A DNA stretch of 64,000 nt, from the NCBI GenBank assembly GCA_004764695.1, contig SMSO01000006.1, forward strand, positions 387,859-451,858, in the 5' to 3' direction. The stretch comes from Schizochytrium sp. TIO01 (Eukaryota; Protista; Bigyra: Labyrinthulomycetes). The notes beneath the pieces were generated by a model, which searched no databases, was not told where the DNA came from, and worked only from the letters and a program-made list of their open reading frames with translations. Below, piece after piece: positions 48,289 through 60,812 of this stretch (positions are counted from its first letter, which is position 1; every line of letters begins with the position of its first letter). The translations under genes were made by a program, and so were the position numbers.

Positions 48289-51200
48289 TCATTCAGTCAG
48301 TATTCGTCCCTTATCTCCCACGGAAGTTCATTTTAAATATGCATTTCAAGTTTTTCAAGTTAAAAAAATATATATATATTAAACTATTTAATTTAATAAT
48401 AATAATAAATGAAATTCTCTTCTGCAAGTGCTTACTTATAAAGTTTGTTTTCAGGTCTCCTTGCTGAAGTTAGGCGGTTTTCTTCCGGAGTGACCGCAAC
48501 CCAAATTAGCCACACAAGAAAGACAAACTTTGCTTTCCACTCATTGTCGTGAGGAAGGAAACAGGGAAGGAATTAATTACTCAGCCTCAGTCGTGGCCCA
48601 TTCGTTCCCTGGAAGTAGCTCTGGAGGTACGTAGGGAGAGCGTTGAAGCCGTGTCAGGGACCTGCTCATGGCAATTCTTCTTCACGGGCGGGCAGTCGCG
48701 GGTTCTTTGTTTGAACGCCGTGAGCAAATGCTTGCTTTGGTTTGTAGTTTGATGATGACAGCTTGCGGTTTCTGGTTTCAATCTTGTCATTTCGATAGAC
48801 TCTCCGTTCAAGTTATGAAGGTGGTTTGTTGATGTGTCATTCTGTTTTTCATTTCTTTGAAAGGAACAAAGCAAACAAAAACTTTACGAAATTTGGTTCT
48901 TGGTAAACAAAACCATCTCTCACAACTTGGTTGAAATTTCGAACAAATTCACTGCCCGCACAAAGACGAGGACCAAATAACGGCGCCGGGCGTGAGAACC
49001 ACCTTTCCTCCACCTTTATTATTCCAGGCACTGGGTACCTCAGCTACTACGCCACACAAGTGGAACGGTGCTTCGAGGATTTATCTATGCCTATATTTAC
49101 TTTTTAACCAAGTGTTCCATTTCAATCAGTCAAAAGTTGCAGCAATCGATCTTAGCACTTTCCGTAGTGCCACCCTAGTCCAGGTGCGCCGCAATTGGGC
49201 AAATCTCCAATCTATCTCAAGCTCAAGGTCAATCTCACCGGCGGCAATCGAGCCAAGCGCGATGCACGGTTTCCAGCGCTTAAACGGCGACGCGGCTGCG
49301 GCTGTTGCTGCTGTTGCTTCTGCTGTCCCCTAGGGCGCTTCGGCCGCAGGCTCCAGCCAGGGCTGCGGCCAGGCCCGTCGAATGCCCGAGCGGCGTCACT
49401 AAAACCAGGCAGGTTTTTCCTTTTCTTTCATGTCTCTTTTTCCAAACAGTCGTCTTTGCTTGCTTTATGATTTTATTTTATTTTAATTAAAATTGCATTT
49501 CGCTTTGCAAACAATATTTCTAACAACCACAATGGCAATCAATCTCTCTCTATATAACCTTTTCTTTGAAGGCAATCTTGCGAAGAGGAAGGAAGAAGCG
49601 CGAGTAGTAATGGATGAATGTGAAGACGAGGCGCTTCTGGTACCACGAGGCATCAATCATCCCGGCGACCTGGAAGCCTTGGCGCGCCTTGGAAGACCAG
49701 GCTATGGTTGACGCGCCAAGGACTCGGCCGCGGATCCTCGCGGGTTCGAGCCCTCGCTCCGCTTCACGGTCTTCGCCCTGGGCGAGCTGGCCTCGCCGAG
49801 TTGACTGGAGTGGAGCCGAGGGCTTAATAATCTCCTCGCTGCATCTGCCGAGGTGGCTCCGAAATTGTGCGATGCAAGTGCGGCTCTACACTCGTATCTG
49901 GGCGAATTGGGGCAGGACGGGAAATGTGGGCAGCGAATTGAAGTGGGCGATTCGAGCAGCACACATTTGTTTGGCGAGGCGGCGAATTCAGGCAGCGAAT
50001 TCGAGCAGCAAAATTTGGACAGCAAATTCAGACGGCAAATTTGGAATTATGAAATGCAAACCTTGAAATGAATGCACTTGGGCCCGGGCTTCGCAGCGTG
50101 TAGTCAAAGTCGCGCAATAGAAGATGCACATCTTGCTGGAGAGAACACGAAAGGCCCGCACGTCGGGATGTTGTACAGGGTGTTGTCATTAAATAGCATG
50201 AGAGCATCGTCAGATGGAATCATGTTTGAAAGAAGCTATCTGGGCACCCAAATGCGCCATCTTCTTAAACGGAAAGTCGTCGATGGATCAGTGGTATATG
50301 ATATATAAACAGAGGCTGGCTACAATATATACAGGGTGCATAATTCATTGCAATTTTGGCATATACACCTGTAAAAGGTGCTGCACAAGAACTCCTAGTA
50401 TTCTTTGCCGGTTTTTTTTGTTTGGATTTCTAAGAGAGCGCTTTGCTTCTACATTTGGATTCTATGATGGATTAAATAACACCTGTCTCAAGAAACTTCT
50501 TTAATATAACTATAGTTTGATGCGAACCAGTCAAGCGTATGACTACTTGGACTGGCACTTTGTCCAAACCCTCCAGCGAGCTCACCATTTTTTGCCGCTA
50601 CTCTGTAATCCCTCTTCCCCTACGTATCTTTAGAGACACTTGATTCTTCCTAACAATAGGCCTATGTATGCATATATACATAAGTTTTTTTTAACCTCTT
50701 TCTAAATTTAAAAAAAAATATATATAAAAAATATAAAAAAAACAACCTTTACTGCAACATTGGGCAACGTTAGGATATGGAAGAGCTGCTCTGACACTTT
50801 GCTTATGAAAAAGTATTACACTGATGAGGCGATGATGATGCGCCGCACTCGGTGCGCTCGCTGTGCACCAGTCGAACGAATATTTGGTGGTCTAGCGATC
50901 TAGCAACAAAGGAACTACTTACGATATCACCATTATGGATGGCTACGTCCTACCAGTCTACTTACTACTCCACAAAGGATAAATTTTCTATTCTTGAGGG
51001 CGGATGATCGTCTGTTTGATCAACCAATCATGCTTTATAATGTACCTTTATAATTTACTTCCTTTTTTTTTAAAATAAGAAATATATATATATTTTCACC
51101 TTTTCCCCCAACCAGCATTTCCAAGGATACAACAAATTCACGGGAGAATTGGAACAGGAGAAAGTCAGTCAAAACAGATTCTGCTATGACGCAGCAAGAG

Positions 51201-53089
51201 TCGGCTTCCTCCTTCTCTTCCTATGTCCCCATCTCCCTCCATCTATCCATCAATCTATCGTGGCTATTCATGAGTAACAAGCAGTAAATCAAGGTTGTGC
51301 TCGCTCGCAGAATCAATAACTTTTAATTTTTCGATTTATTTTATTTAAAATACTAACCTTTCAACTGTTTCCATAAAATAAGAAGAAGAAATGACACTAT
51401 TTTACTATTACCCACTCATAGGAAGGCAGGTTGCAGCGAGCCTATCCGTCCACGGCAATGAAACGAGCAGGGCGATCTTTCAGAGATCTCCTTGTCTGCG
51501 TAGATACGCACACCCGGTTCTGCTCTAGCAAGATATGGTTGAGGGTGGTGCGAACTCGTTAGGAAACGGTGCCAAGATTACCTTGTGCACTCCTTCATTC
51601 CAGAAGCTGTGTTTCCATGCGCGAGGAGTGGAAACTCGATGAGAGAAATGCGCACGACCAGAGGCCTTTTGTACTGCTCCCCCTTGCTTTCCGGTTCAAG
51701 CTGCGCTCGCGACGACTGCACACTCGCCTCATCGTCCTCGACCCTCTGGCCTCACAGGCTCGAGCCCTAACTCCTCTGCCGCTACGCATTATGCCGCTGC
51801 GATCGGTGCTCTCTCACATTGGCGTCAGGTTATGACGATGATCCAAAATGGCCATGAGGACAGAAGATCACGTCTCCATTCAGAAAAAAAGATATAGCGC
51901 ATAGCAGAGAGTAGCAGTGTATAGTAGGTGTTAACAGGTAGGTACGAGAAGATACGTGGGCACCAGGTAGCATCTGGTTAGTCAGTTCTCTAGATAATGG
52001 TAGCCAGTAAGAGCTTGAGTCAGAATCAGATTTAAACGATTATGACACATGATAATTCATGGATTAGTAGGTACGATTTGTGATGGATGGCACAAAACAG
52101 GACTGTGGAATTATTTTGTTAAGAGCCAGGGGGGTGGCCACGGTGCGGGTATTATAGACAGCCTGCGAGGATACTGCCTGCGACGAAGGAGAGGGACCCA
52201 AATTAGACGAACGACGCTTGAGAGTTGAAGTTTGCTTTGGGCGATGACAACGGATCATCAGTTGCGCCACTAGAGGTCCCGCAAAAGGCCTGCCTAGGTG
52301 CCTACCTATTCACGTACAGACAGGTTGATAATGTGCAGGTTTCCTTCCGAGGTTTCCACCGCCCCGCTCAAACAACTCAAAGGGGTCAAGTTGAAGGAGG
52401 TTGGCTTTTCGATCCTCTTCCAAAACAGATTGAACAATTATGATGAAAACTCGCTTACTTACTGCTCTTCTTCTTCCGAAGGTGGCAACTTCAGACCCCC
52501 ACGGTTTAATTGAACGCGCACAATCTACTGACCAATTAACGATCGCTGCCTGCTCTGCTTGGAAGCAAGACAACTACTACCGAGTACTTTGGTTACTGCG
52601 TTGTACTGCGTGTTTCTACAAATTACCTGCAAATGCCAATGGCTAGTAGCGCGAAATGGAACCGGGAGGGTTCTAGCTGGATGCTGTCCTGGGTGTTTGT
52701 GCGCCTCGCCGGAGACATGCCGGGCCAACCAATCTGCAGCGGCGGAAGCTTTGCCGGATGCTTGAGCTATCTCGGCTACTTACTTTTGCTTGCTTGGCTG
52801 CCGCTGTCGGTGAGGCATCCATCCATTCAGACGAGAGTCTCTGCATCCAGCTTGGCCACGCTTCTTCAAGTCGGTCCATGGATGCTGCCATCGGAGGAGG
52901 ATCAGAGATACGGTTGTTCAAGACTTGGCAACGAACGATGGAATGGGTGAATGAGAGAATGAATTAGTTCATTTGATGCACTCAAAGGACTCCACCATCC
53001 GTGCGATCGATGTCTCACAATCTCTCTCAAAGTACATCAGCTTGAACGTGCCCCTTTTCGAGTTGCTCTCAGAGTTTGCCAACAGCCAC

Positions 53090-53126
53090 TCGATCGATCG
53101 ATCGATCGATCGATCAATCAATCAAT
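53090..53126. repeat. Self-complementary (GATC)n microsatellite grading into (AATC)n
   Basis: About 6 GATC units, then AATC units. Confidence 0.85.
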
Positions 53127-56100
53127 TACCTGAACTGAGAGATCCTGTGGTGTGTCGGGCGCGTGCTTGCGCAACTGCGGCTGGCCCACTAGAGTTGCCT
53201 CAAGTTGCTCAACTCGGTCAGCTGCAGTTCCTTCGTTTCGAGCAGCTACAAGATTGAAATTGTCGCCCCCGTTGAGTTCTAAAGCCATCTCCTTCTCCAC
53301 GAAGACAGACGCAACCTCCTCATGGCATATCGCTCGACGAGACCAATCCAACTCACTCCTCCTTCCCGCGCGCTGCGTTTCCGTTTCCCTCTACGCGTGT
53401 GCACATTTCAAAACCCTCGTTCTGCGCCGTCGCTTCACGCACCGTCTCGACTGAAGCTCTATGATTTGAAATCTCAATCACTCCACTTTTTTCAGCAATC
53501 CATCCCAAACTCCACGCCTCTCTCCTCAAGCTATCATCGTAGAGACCGTCGTTCCCACTCTCTGCAAACGCGCAGGAGCCGTCCAGAGCTGCCTCCACAC
53601 AACCAAATCTCTGCTTCTGCTTCTGCTTCTGCTGCTGCAAAATGAGCGAATGAACGAGACTAGAGAAGAAATTCAAATTCAATGGCTCCCCAAATCAAGC
53701 TGCTGCTCGAGAAAGCAGGTGAGTGGGCCTGGCTGCCTGCCTGGCTGGAGCTTGGGGCGCTGCACGCAGTGTCGCGGCACGGGCGGCGGCGAGCGGCCTC
53801 CAAAGCTGGCAAGGTCGGCCTTGCGCGCGCCCGCCCGCCAGATCTGGATTTCCTCTCGTCGAGCCGGCTATAGATTGCTTGCTTCGAAGGCTCCACACGC
53901 TTCGTTGCTCGCTCGCTCGCAGGCGCCTTGTAGCGTAAAGGCTAAGAGTCTCCGGAACTGACTAACCGCTGCTTGCTTGCTTGCTTGCTTGCGCGCCGTG
54001 CTTACTAAACGAAGTCGGTTGCTTGCCGTTCCTTGAGGATTTAAATCTTTTTCTCTTTTCCGCTCTATCTCTAATTGTTTTTCTGAGATATTTGCTGTCT
54101 TTGCTTTATTCCATAGTATACTTCTCTTCACTTTTGTTTTTAAAAATAAATGTACTTTTAAAAGAAGAAGATACCACAACGATCACCGCTTTATCTGTTA
54201 AATACTTATTTTATATTTTAAAAAACAAAACTCTAACAGTAACAAATTGTTTACTTTGAGTGTCACTACCTTCGCCTTCCTTTTAACTTGAGTGACTTTC
54301 TCTCTCTCTTTTTATTAAAAATTAAAATATAAGAACTATTACAAATACCTTCCTTTCTTTTTCATTAATTTTAACTTTAAAATATATTCGAAAAGAGAAT
54401 ACACTGCTGCTAGCATCGTCTATGGTATCTCCTACACAGGGGCACAAGGTGGGAAGATATGAAGATACGAGCAAGCTTCGTCTCGACCCAAGTTTGTCTC
54501 CCTCCTCCTTCGCGAGATCCCTCCGCGCGTCGGCCACGGTGCCTCCGCTGCCTCTTGGCGGCCATCCGGGCGTGGCCACGCAGCCTGCGCCTCTTCCGGC
54601 CGGCTTCGAAGCGAAAGCGAAAGCGAGAGCGACCTTGACCTCCAGCACCGCTGCTGACTTCTGACTTTTCAAGCTTTTCAAAAGCCGCCATTCGAGTGAC
54701 CAAAACACAGCGAAGGCGAATCTTTTCGACGGAAGCCGTATCCTTCAGAGGCTCGGCTGCGGCTGCCTTGTGCTGCTGGGTTTCCTCGCGCCTTTCGCCC
54801 GCATCTTCGCAGCGCCGGGGCCCGCAGAGCCTGCGCCAAGGGGCCTCGACGCAGCGCCGGCGGCGAGGCGGCAGCGCCGGCCCGGCTGCCCTGCCCTGCC
54901 CTGTCCTGGTTTAGCTCCGCATTGCTTCGCATTGCTTTCTTTGCCCTGCTCGCAAGTGGGACCGTGGGAAGGTACCGCCCTTTCGGTACCACTCAGGCTC
55001 CCGTCGCCACCGTCGCCGGTATTCTTCGCTGTGCCTACTGCGTACGCGCTGTTAAGCTGCCGGCATCGATCATCTCTCGTGGGCGGTTGAGCGCCTCTGC
55101 GAAGTGGACTGCAGCGCCACCGTGCGCCGCCAGGCTTAGAGGCTGCTCGCTGTGCTTTGCTTTGCTTTGCTTTGCTGGCGCAGGCGTTTCGCTTTCAAGA
55201 ACAACAAGAACAACAAGAACAAGAAGAACAACAAGAACAAGGGTGCAGGCTACCTTCTCGCAGAGGCAGCGTTGGATTGATTGATCAGCGGCTACGAAGT
55301 ATGGTGAGAACACGCGTGGCTAGCCAGCCTGGAGCGCCAGGATCGTCGCAACGAGCGCCCTGGAGAGCTCCTTGGTCGGATTACCTTCGAAGTCTCCCGC
55401 GGCGTCGCGGCGGTTGGCCTTTGTTTGTTTTCACATATGCTTTTTTAATTATTTTCAAGATCATATCATAATTTAAATTTTTATGAATTCAATCAAATCT
55501 ATAAAGATACCGCTGGCTGGCAGGGCGACGAGTATTCGTACTTTTACTTCTTTATTTCATGTATTTATCTGGAAATAAACACATAAAAATGTCAATCAAC
55601 AAATCAACAAATGAACAAACCAAAATAAAAATACATTGTTACACTAGCAGCAGGAAAACAGGGCGAATATTGAACTCGAAAGCTGCGACCTGCGATGGAC
55701 TCCGTAGGTCTGCTCGAGTTGGGATCACGATGGACTGTGCGGTCCAGCGAGTGAGCCTCTCTCTGGTGCCGAGATCGAGACCCTTCTTTCCGGCGAGACT
55801 TCTCTCTGCCTCAGCGCTGCAGAAGACTTGCTCGCTCAGCTCAAGCAAGTGCGCCTTCAACCGACAGCCGTGGCAAGAACGAGGCGCAAAGCTCCAGGAC
55901 TCTGCTGCTACTGCGTGCCTATGGGGTCTGCTTTACCTCCCTTCTTACTTATAACTTTCTAAGTAAGATTTACCTATATTTTACTTTTTTAATGCATACT
56001 TGATTGACTTTTAATTAAAAGCATATCTGCGTCCTCGTATTTATTACTACAGCACCTTCATTTGAGTTGTCAATTAATTAATTTTAAGTTGATTGCATTC

Positions 56101-56511
56101 TTTCAGAAGAGAAAACTAGCAAATCAAAGCTGACGTTCCAGGAGTTCGTACCGGCAGGCGAGCGAACTCCAGGTTAGAGTCAGGTTGAGCTGAGCCGTGG
56201 AGGAAGCGAGGGCCATCGTAGGCAAGGTACTGGTGCGGAAGGGGTCTCTCCCTCCCTGGGAATGAAGCGTGCTCTCTCCAGCGGCTATCATGGCCTTCTC
56301 CCTGAGGCAACCCGCAATCAACGCCCTTGCCTGCAGTTCCGAAGCTTTCTGCTCCGTCTCATGCGCACAAAGCCCCCCCAATGAGCTCGCCTGCCCCTTC
56401 ACATCGCACCTGGAGGGGGCATTCCGGGACTCTGTGTGTTCTCGCAACCGAAGAAGATCGTCGATCTCCTTTTGGTTCCTTACCTTTTTTATTTCTTCCC
56501 GTTTCTTCTCT

Positions 56512-56586
56512 TCTTCTGTTCTGTTCTGTTCTGTTCTGTGCTTTGCTTTGCTGTGCTGCTCTGCTCTGCTCTGCTCTGCTCTGCTC
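56512..56586. repeat. Compound (TTCTG)/(CTTTG)/(CTCTG)n pentanucleotide repeat
   Basis: Directly visible. Confidence 0.85.
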
Positions 56587-58844
56587 GAAGAATGAGACGT
56601 TTTCCGCGAGCAGGGAGACACGGTGAGCGAGCGAGCGTCAGGTCCGGCAGCCGCCGCTCGCCCTGCTCGGAGACCAGAAGAGACCTAGACCGGCTGCCTC
56701 CCGAGCTCGCAGAGGCTGCTGACGTCGCCGCCACGCGGCCAGGCCGGCGCCCGCGTCATTTGGCGTCACTAGGGTGAGGTTTTGAAGGAGGTCGTCGGGA
56801 AATATTGGAGAGAGTATTGGTTCCTCCGAATCTCCGGAGCGCTGGTTTGAAATTCAAATTGATTGGGATTAATTTCAAATTGATTGAAACCAAACGATTC
56901 ACTTCAGGAGACAGAACTTTCTCACTGTTAGGTTGCACCGCCACCATGCTGGAGGTCCTTGCGCTACTTGGGAGATCAGTAAAACAATTCAGTAAAGCGT
57001 TGCAGAGCTCTGCGATAGGCGAGGCGGGGCGATGCAACGCTGCTGGAAACTTGAAGACGGGACTGCTAAATATCTACTTTTTTTTGCAGATCAAAACCCT
57101 TTTCCCTTCAAATTAAAATCTCCAAGTTTAATCAACCTCTTTCAATGTGAGCGATGTCATGCTTCTTCATCGTCCAGGTTTGGAAAGTGGACAGCGTTCT
57201 AAGCCAAGTGAGTGCAGCCTTAACTAACAATGCTACCGGCGCCATGACTTAACCTGGCACTTGTTGGGAAAGTTGCAGGAACAAAAGATCGTCATCGCTA
57301 ACTCGCTTTGTCGAGTCGTCTCATTCAATGAAGATCTGCGACAGGATTATGGACAACCGAGAGTTCCGCTGACAACAGCTCCTATCTCAAAAGTCCGGGC
57401 CCAGGTTCAACTTGTCTCTCACAGAGCAGAGGCTCAGCAAATGAACTCTTCTTATTCGCAATTGTCAAGAAAGAAGCTTTCCAAGCTGTATCAGAACTGT
57501 CAGAACTCAATGTAGCTATGGCTTCAGAAGACACGAAATCTCCACAGGTCAATCAACCGATCAATCAATCAGTTGAGCTCTCAGCCAGTGGGTCAGTCAG
57601 TCAGCCAATCAGAGACTCGTCCGAAGAGCACTCTTTTCAGGGGACTTGAAATGTATCACAGCTCCCCTTGGCGGAGCTTCTTTCGTTTCAATGCAAGTTC
57701 TTTCAAAGAAATTTCTGTTTTGTTTATCTCTCCTTATCTTTCGTCAAGTTTGCAGTCCTTTTTCCCACTGAAAAACAAAAACAAAATCATAACAGAAAAA
57801 CAACAAACGTGGTGTCTCCTTCTCCTCTCGTTTCTTCCCCTCTCCCCCCGTTTCCCTCTCTCTCCATATCTATTACTCTCCATCAATGGGTTTCCCCGAG
57901 ACCATATCCTCACAAAGGTTCCCTCAGCTCCACTGTTTTGCCGACACTGCGACGCGGAGCCGACGCGTGGATGACGTTGACGCGCCGCTTTTCAGACCCG
58001 TTCTGACAACAAAACGCCTTCCCCTCCTTATTGATAGGACCAATCTTTGTTTACCCGACTATACTATGAAAACGTTAGAACTCATATAACCTCCAAATGG
58101 TAGTGACTTTTTCATATAAATGATATATTATAATTGTTCAAGGTCAGGTAAAAAAATGGCATGGCCAAGGAACCACCAAGCCCTGAACACTATATGTGAA
58201 GCCAACTTACAATACAAGACAGCAAAGTACTTCAACTAGAAGTTTGGCGTTTCAGCAAATGCCCTTCCGGCACGTCCTATGCAGACGCCCCCGCCGTCTA
58301 TAAAGACATCGGTAGCGGTGTCAACTCAACAGACTACCAAGATTCAACGCAAGCTTAAACTTTGGCTCTGTGAAAACTACCGTGTTATCTATCCTTTTAC
58401 CTAGGTATCATCAAACCTCCCTTCCCTGATGGTCAACAAGTTAACAAGACGGATCTGTAGCAAAACAGCTCAAATGGTGTGTCGTTGGCTTCCTTCCGCC
58501 AAGCGCTCATTCACAAAGTCGAGCTTTTCCCCTGACAGTGGAGTAAACTGGTGATTTTGCTGAGAGGCTTGCGCTTTGAAAACATGCAGCAGTGAATGTG
58601 GTACAATCCATCACAAGCTCGAAACATTCAAGGTTTTCAGATGCCCCGAATGGAACCACCACGAAGCCGATCGTCGTATCCACGCCGCCAGATGCATCCA
58701 CTTGTGCTACCTACCCAAGGACATGATTTGAAATTGTCTCCAAGTCACCTGTTACGGGGCCTTACTAGCCCCGCGGGACCGTAGGAAAGTCAAATTTCGC
58801 AAATTTTATGAACTAATTACTAAGTGTTGCCAGCGAAAAACTGA

Positions 58845-60812
58845 CTAGATGGCCATGTCTGCCTTAGTCAATACGTCTCGAAGTTCCTTGCGTTCTGCTT
58901 CTGCATACCTCTTGAAGGCATCTGGACTCATATCATCGGCACGTTCGGCTCGACCGAAGTCGATGAACACAGGATTTCCTGTGTCTCTATCACGAAGAAT
59001 ATTGGCTTTATTCAAATCACCATGTAAAACACCATGTGCGTGGATTTTCGCTAGAGACTCAATAGCCTTCTCCACAAACTCTTCAGAGAGAGTCTCTCCA
59101 ACAACATCATCACCTGAATAAACAGTGCCAAGGCCGTAGAGAAAGCCCTCCTTAAACATACCAATATCGACAAACTTCGGGATACACCCGCCCTGTAGCG
59201 AGGTGAGTTGCCTGTAAATTGAAGCTTCCAATTGAAGTCCCGGAACATTTTCTTGTAGCTTGAAAAGGTCCAAAACCTTCAACACAGTATCCACATTGCC
59301 TGACTTCAGGGGAATGTCAACACGAATCACTTGACCCATACACCAATGACGTAGATACACCGGATCTTGGAGGTCAACCAGGTATAATGGCTTTCCATCT
59401 ACAGTCAGATCTTCTGCGAAAAAGGTAGTATCTGGTGTTGTACCTTTATTTTCATGCTTTTCACGTTTAGCGTCATATTGCGCATGGTTAGCCTCTGGCA
59501 CCTTTTTGTGACCTGCACAAGGGCCGTCACGATGACCATCCGGGCATGGTACAAGGAGACCATCTATGCCCTCACCTTTGAATTGAGGTACTTCACCTTT
59601 ACAGGAAATTATAACACTAAGTAAAACAAGCTGCAGTACACTGAGCTTTTTCTGCGGTAGATCTCCCTCAGTGTTGTACGGAACGGGCTCAGTGATGAGC
59701 AGATTCCCTGAACAGTCTCGAAAAAAAACAAAGGTTTGAATATAGTTCGTGTAGATGCCAACAAATACACCGTTCACTACCATGTAACTGTAAACCTGGC
59801 GAATAATTGAATCTCGCTGATGGCGTTGTGAATCACAATCTTCGCAACCTTTATCACAATATGTTGCAGCGAGGTTGGTGTATGAAACACCAACGCCTTC
59901 GTATTCACCAACAATTATTGGTTGAAATGTAGAACCTTCATGATTTTTAGAACGCAAAGCAAAATCAGGAATGCCTAGCGTAGTTCGCAGAGGATCCCAG
60001 TCTAAAACAATATTGTTGGGGAGCAAAACATTGGGTTTCTCCAGCATCGTAAGTAATGCTTCCGTTACGAGATAATTAAAAGGATAGTTGTTCGTTTTCT
60101 GAATCGTTAACATGTAATGTCTCGCGGACTTTGAAAATGCCCCCTCATTTTCATGTGTGGTCAATTGTTGTTTGAGGATATCGATGTAACCCTCTTTCGC
60201 GCAATAGTCCACAAACGAAGCAATACGCAACTCACGTACTGTCCCAGGCGATGCAGGGTAGTTCGTGAAAGGATCAATTGGGTCCTCTGGGGGGAAGAGG
60301 TCATGGAAATCCATTTGACGCAAAGTTGGAAAACCCAGACCAACCTCATCAAAAACAGACTGACACATTTTACGGTCAACAGCTTCCTGCAGATATCTAT
60401 TCCTTTTTCGCAGGGCTTTGATGGTTTCCATGAGCCAGTCTCGTTCTTCTAGTCTAAAATCAATCAACTTTTGGATGAATTCTAGAGACCCTCTTCTCGT
60501 AGAAATTCTGTCGGAAAGGCCCAATGGCCCTTCCTCTTTTTTCTTTCTCTCTAGTTTATGGATTTTTGTCAAATCCTCAGCACGCCTAACATTAATCGTA
60601 TCCAGATCTTCATATAATAGATCTAGATACTCAGTGTACTCATCAATTGATGCTTTATTTTCCCTGATGGTTTCACGAGTATACTTTATAAAACTTGAAG
60701 TCTGGAACACTGTCAGTTTGTCAGTAGGAGTGCCAGAGAACATCCTTCTTCGTAAGGGTGTTTGAAGTCGACCCCTGAAGGCATTCCTGGCTGTTTGTGA
60801 TACTCTAATCAT
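58845..60812 (-). CDS. Crinkler/RHS-type effector-like protein: presequence + coiled coil + PD-(D/E)xK REase-fold domain + minimal protein-kinase-like domain
   Basis: REase-like IPDFAL...IIVGEYEG...IIRQVYSYM..NGVFVGIYTNYIQTFVFFR..LLITEPV. Kinase VLKVLD, LQLEASIYRQLTSLQGGCIPKF, LAKIHAHGVLHGDLNKANIL, PVFIDFGRA. First ATG at 60812; the track start at 61094 is GTG. Intronless. Confidence 0.8.
   Translation of the reverse strand: MIRVSQTARNAFRGRLQTPLRRRMFSGTPTDKLTVFQTSSFIKYTRETIRENKASIDEYTEYLDLLYEDLDTINVRRAEDLTKIHKLERKKKEEGPLGLSDRISTRRGSLEFIQKLIDFRLEERDWLMETIKALRKRNRYLQEAVDRKMCQSVFDEVGLGFPTLRQMDFHDLFPPEDPIDPFTNYPASPGTVRELRIASFVDYCAKEGYIDILKQQLTTHENEGAFSKSARHYMLTIQKTNNYPFNYLVTEALLTMLEKPNVLLPNNIVLDWDPLRTTLGIPDFALRSKNHEGSTFQPIIVGEYEGVGVSYTNLAATYCDKGCEDCDSQRHQRDSIIRQVYSYMVVNGVFVGIYTNYIQTFVFFRDCSGNLLITEPVPYNTEGDLPQKKLSVLQLVLLSVIISCKGEVPQFKGEGIDGLLVPCPDGHRDGPCAGHKKVPEANHAQYDAKREKHENKGTTPDTTFFAEDLTVDGKPLYLVDLQDPVYLRHWCMGQVIRVDIPLKSGNVDTVLKVLDLFKLQENVPGLQLEASIYRQLTSLQGGCIPKFVDIGMFKEGFLYGLGTVYSGDDVVGETLSEEFVEKAIESLAKIHAHGVLHGDLNKANILRDRDTGNPVFIDFGRAERADDMSPDAFKRYAEAERKELRDVLTKADMAI

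Noticed and set aside
49678-49765. tRNA-like GGTTCGAGCCC T-loop with a nearby 10-bp hairpin
   Set aside because: No acceptor stem, D-arm or anticodon arm could be built.
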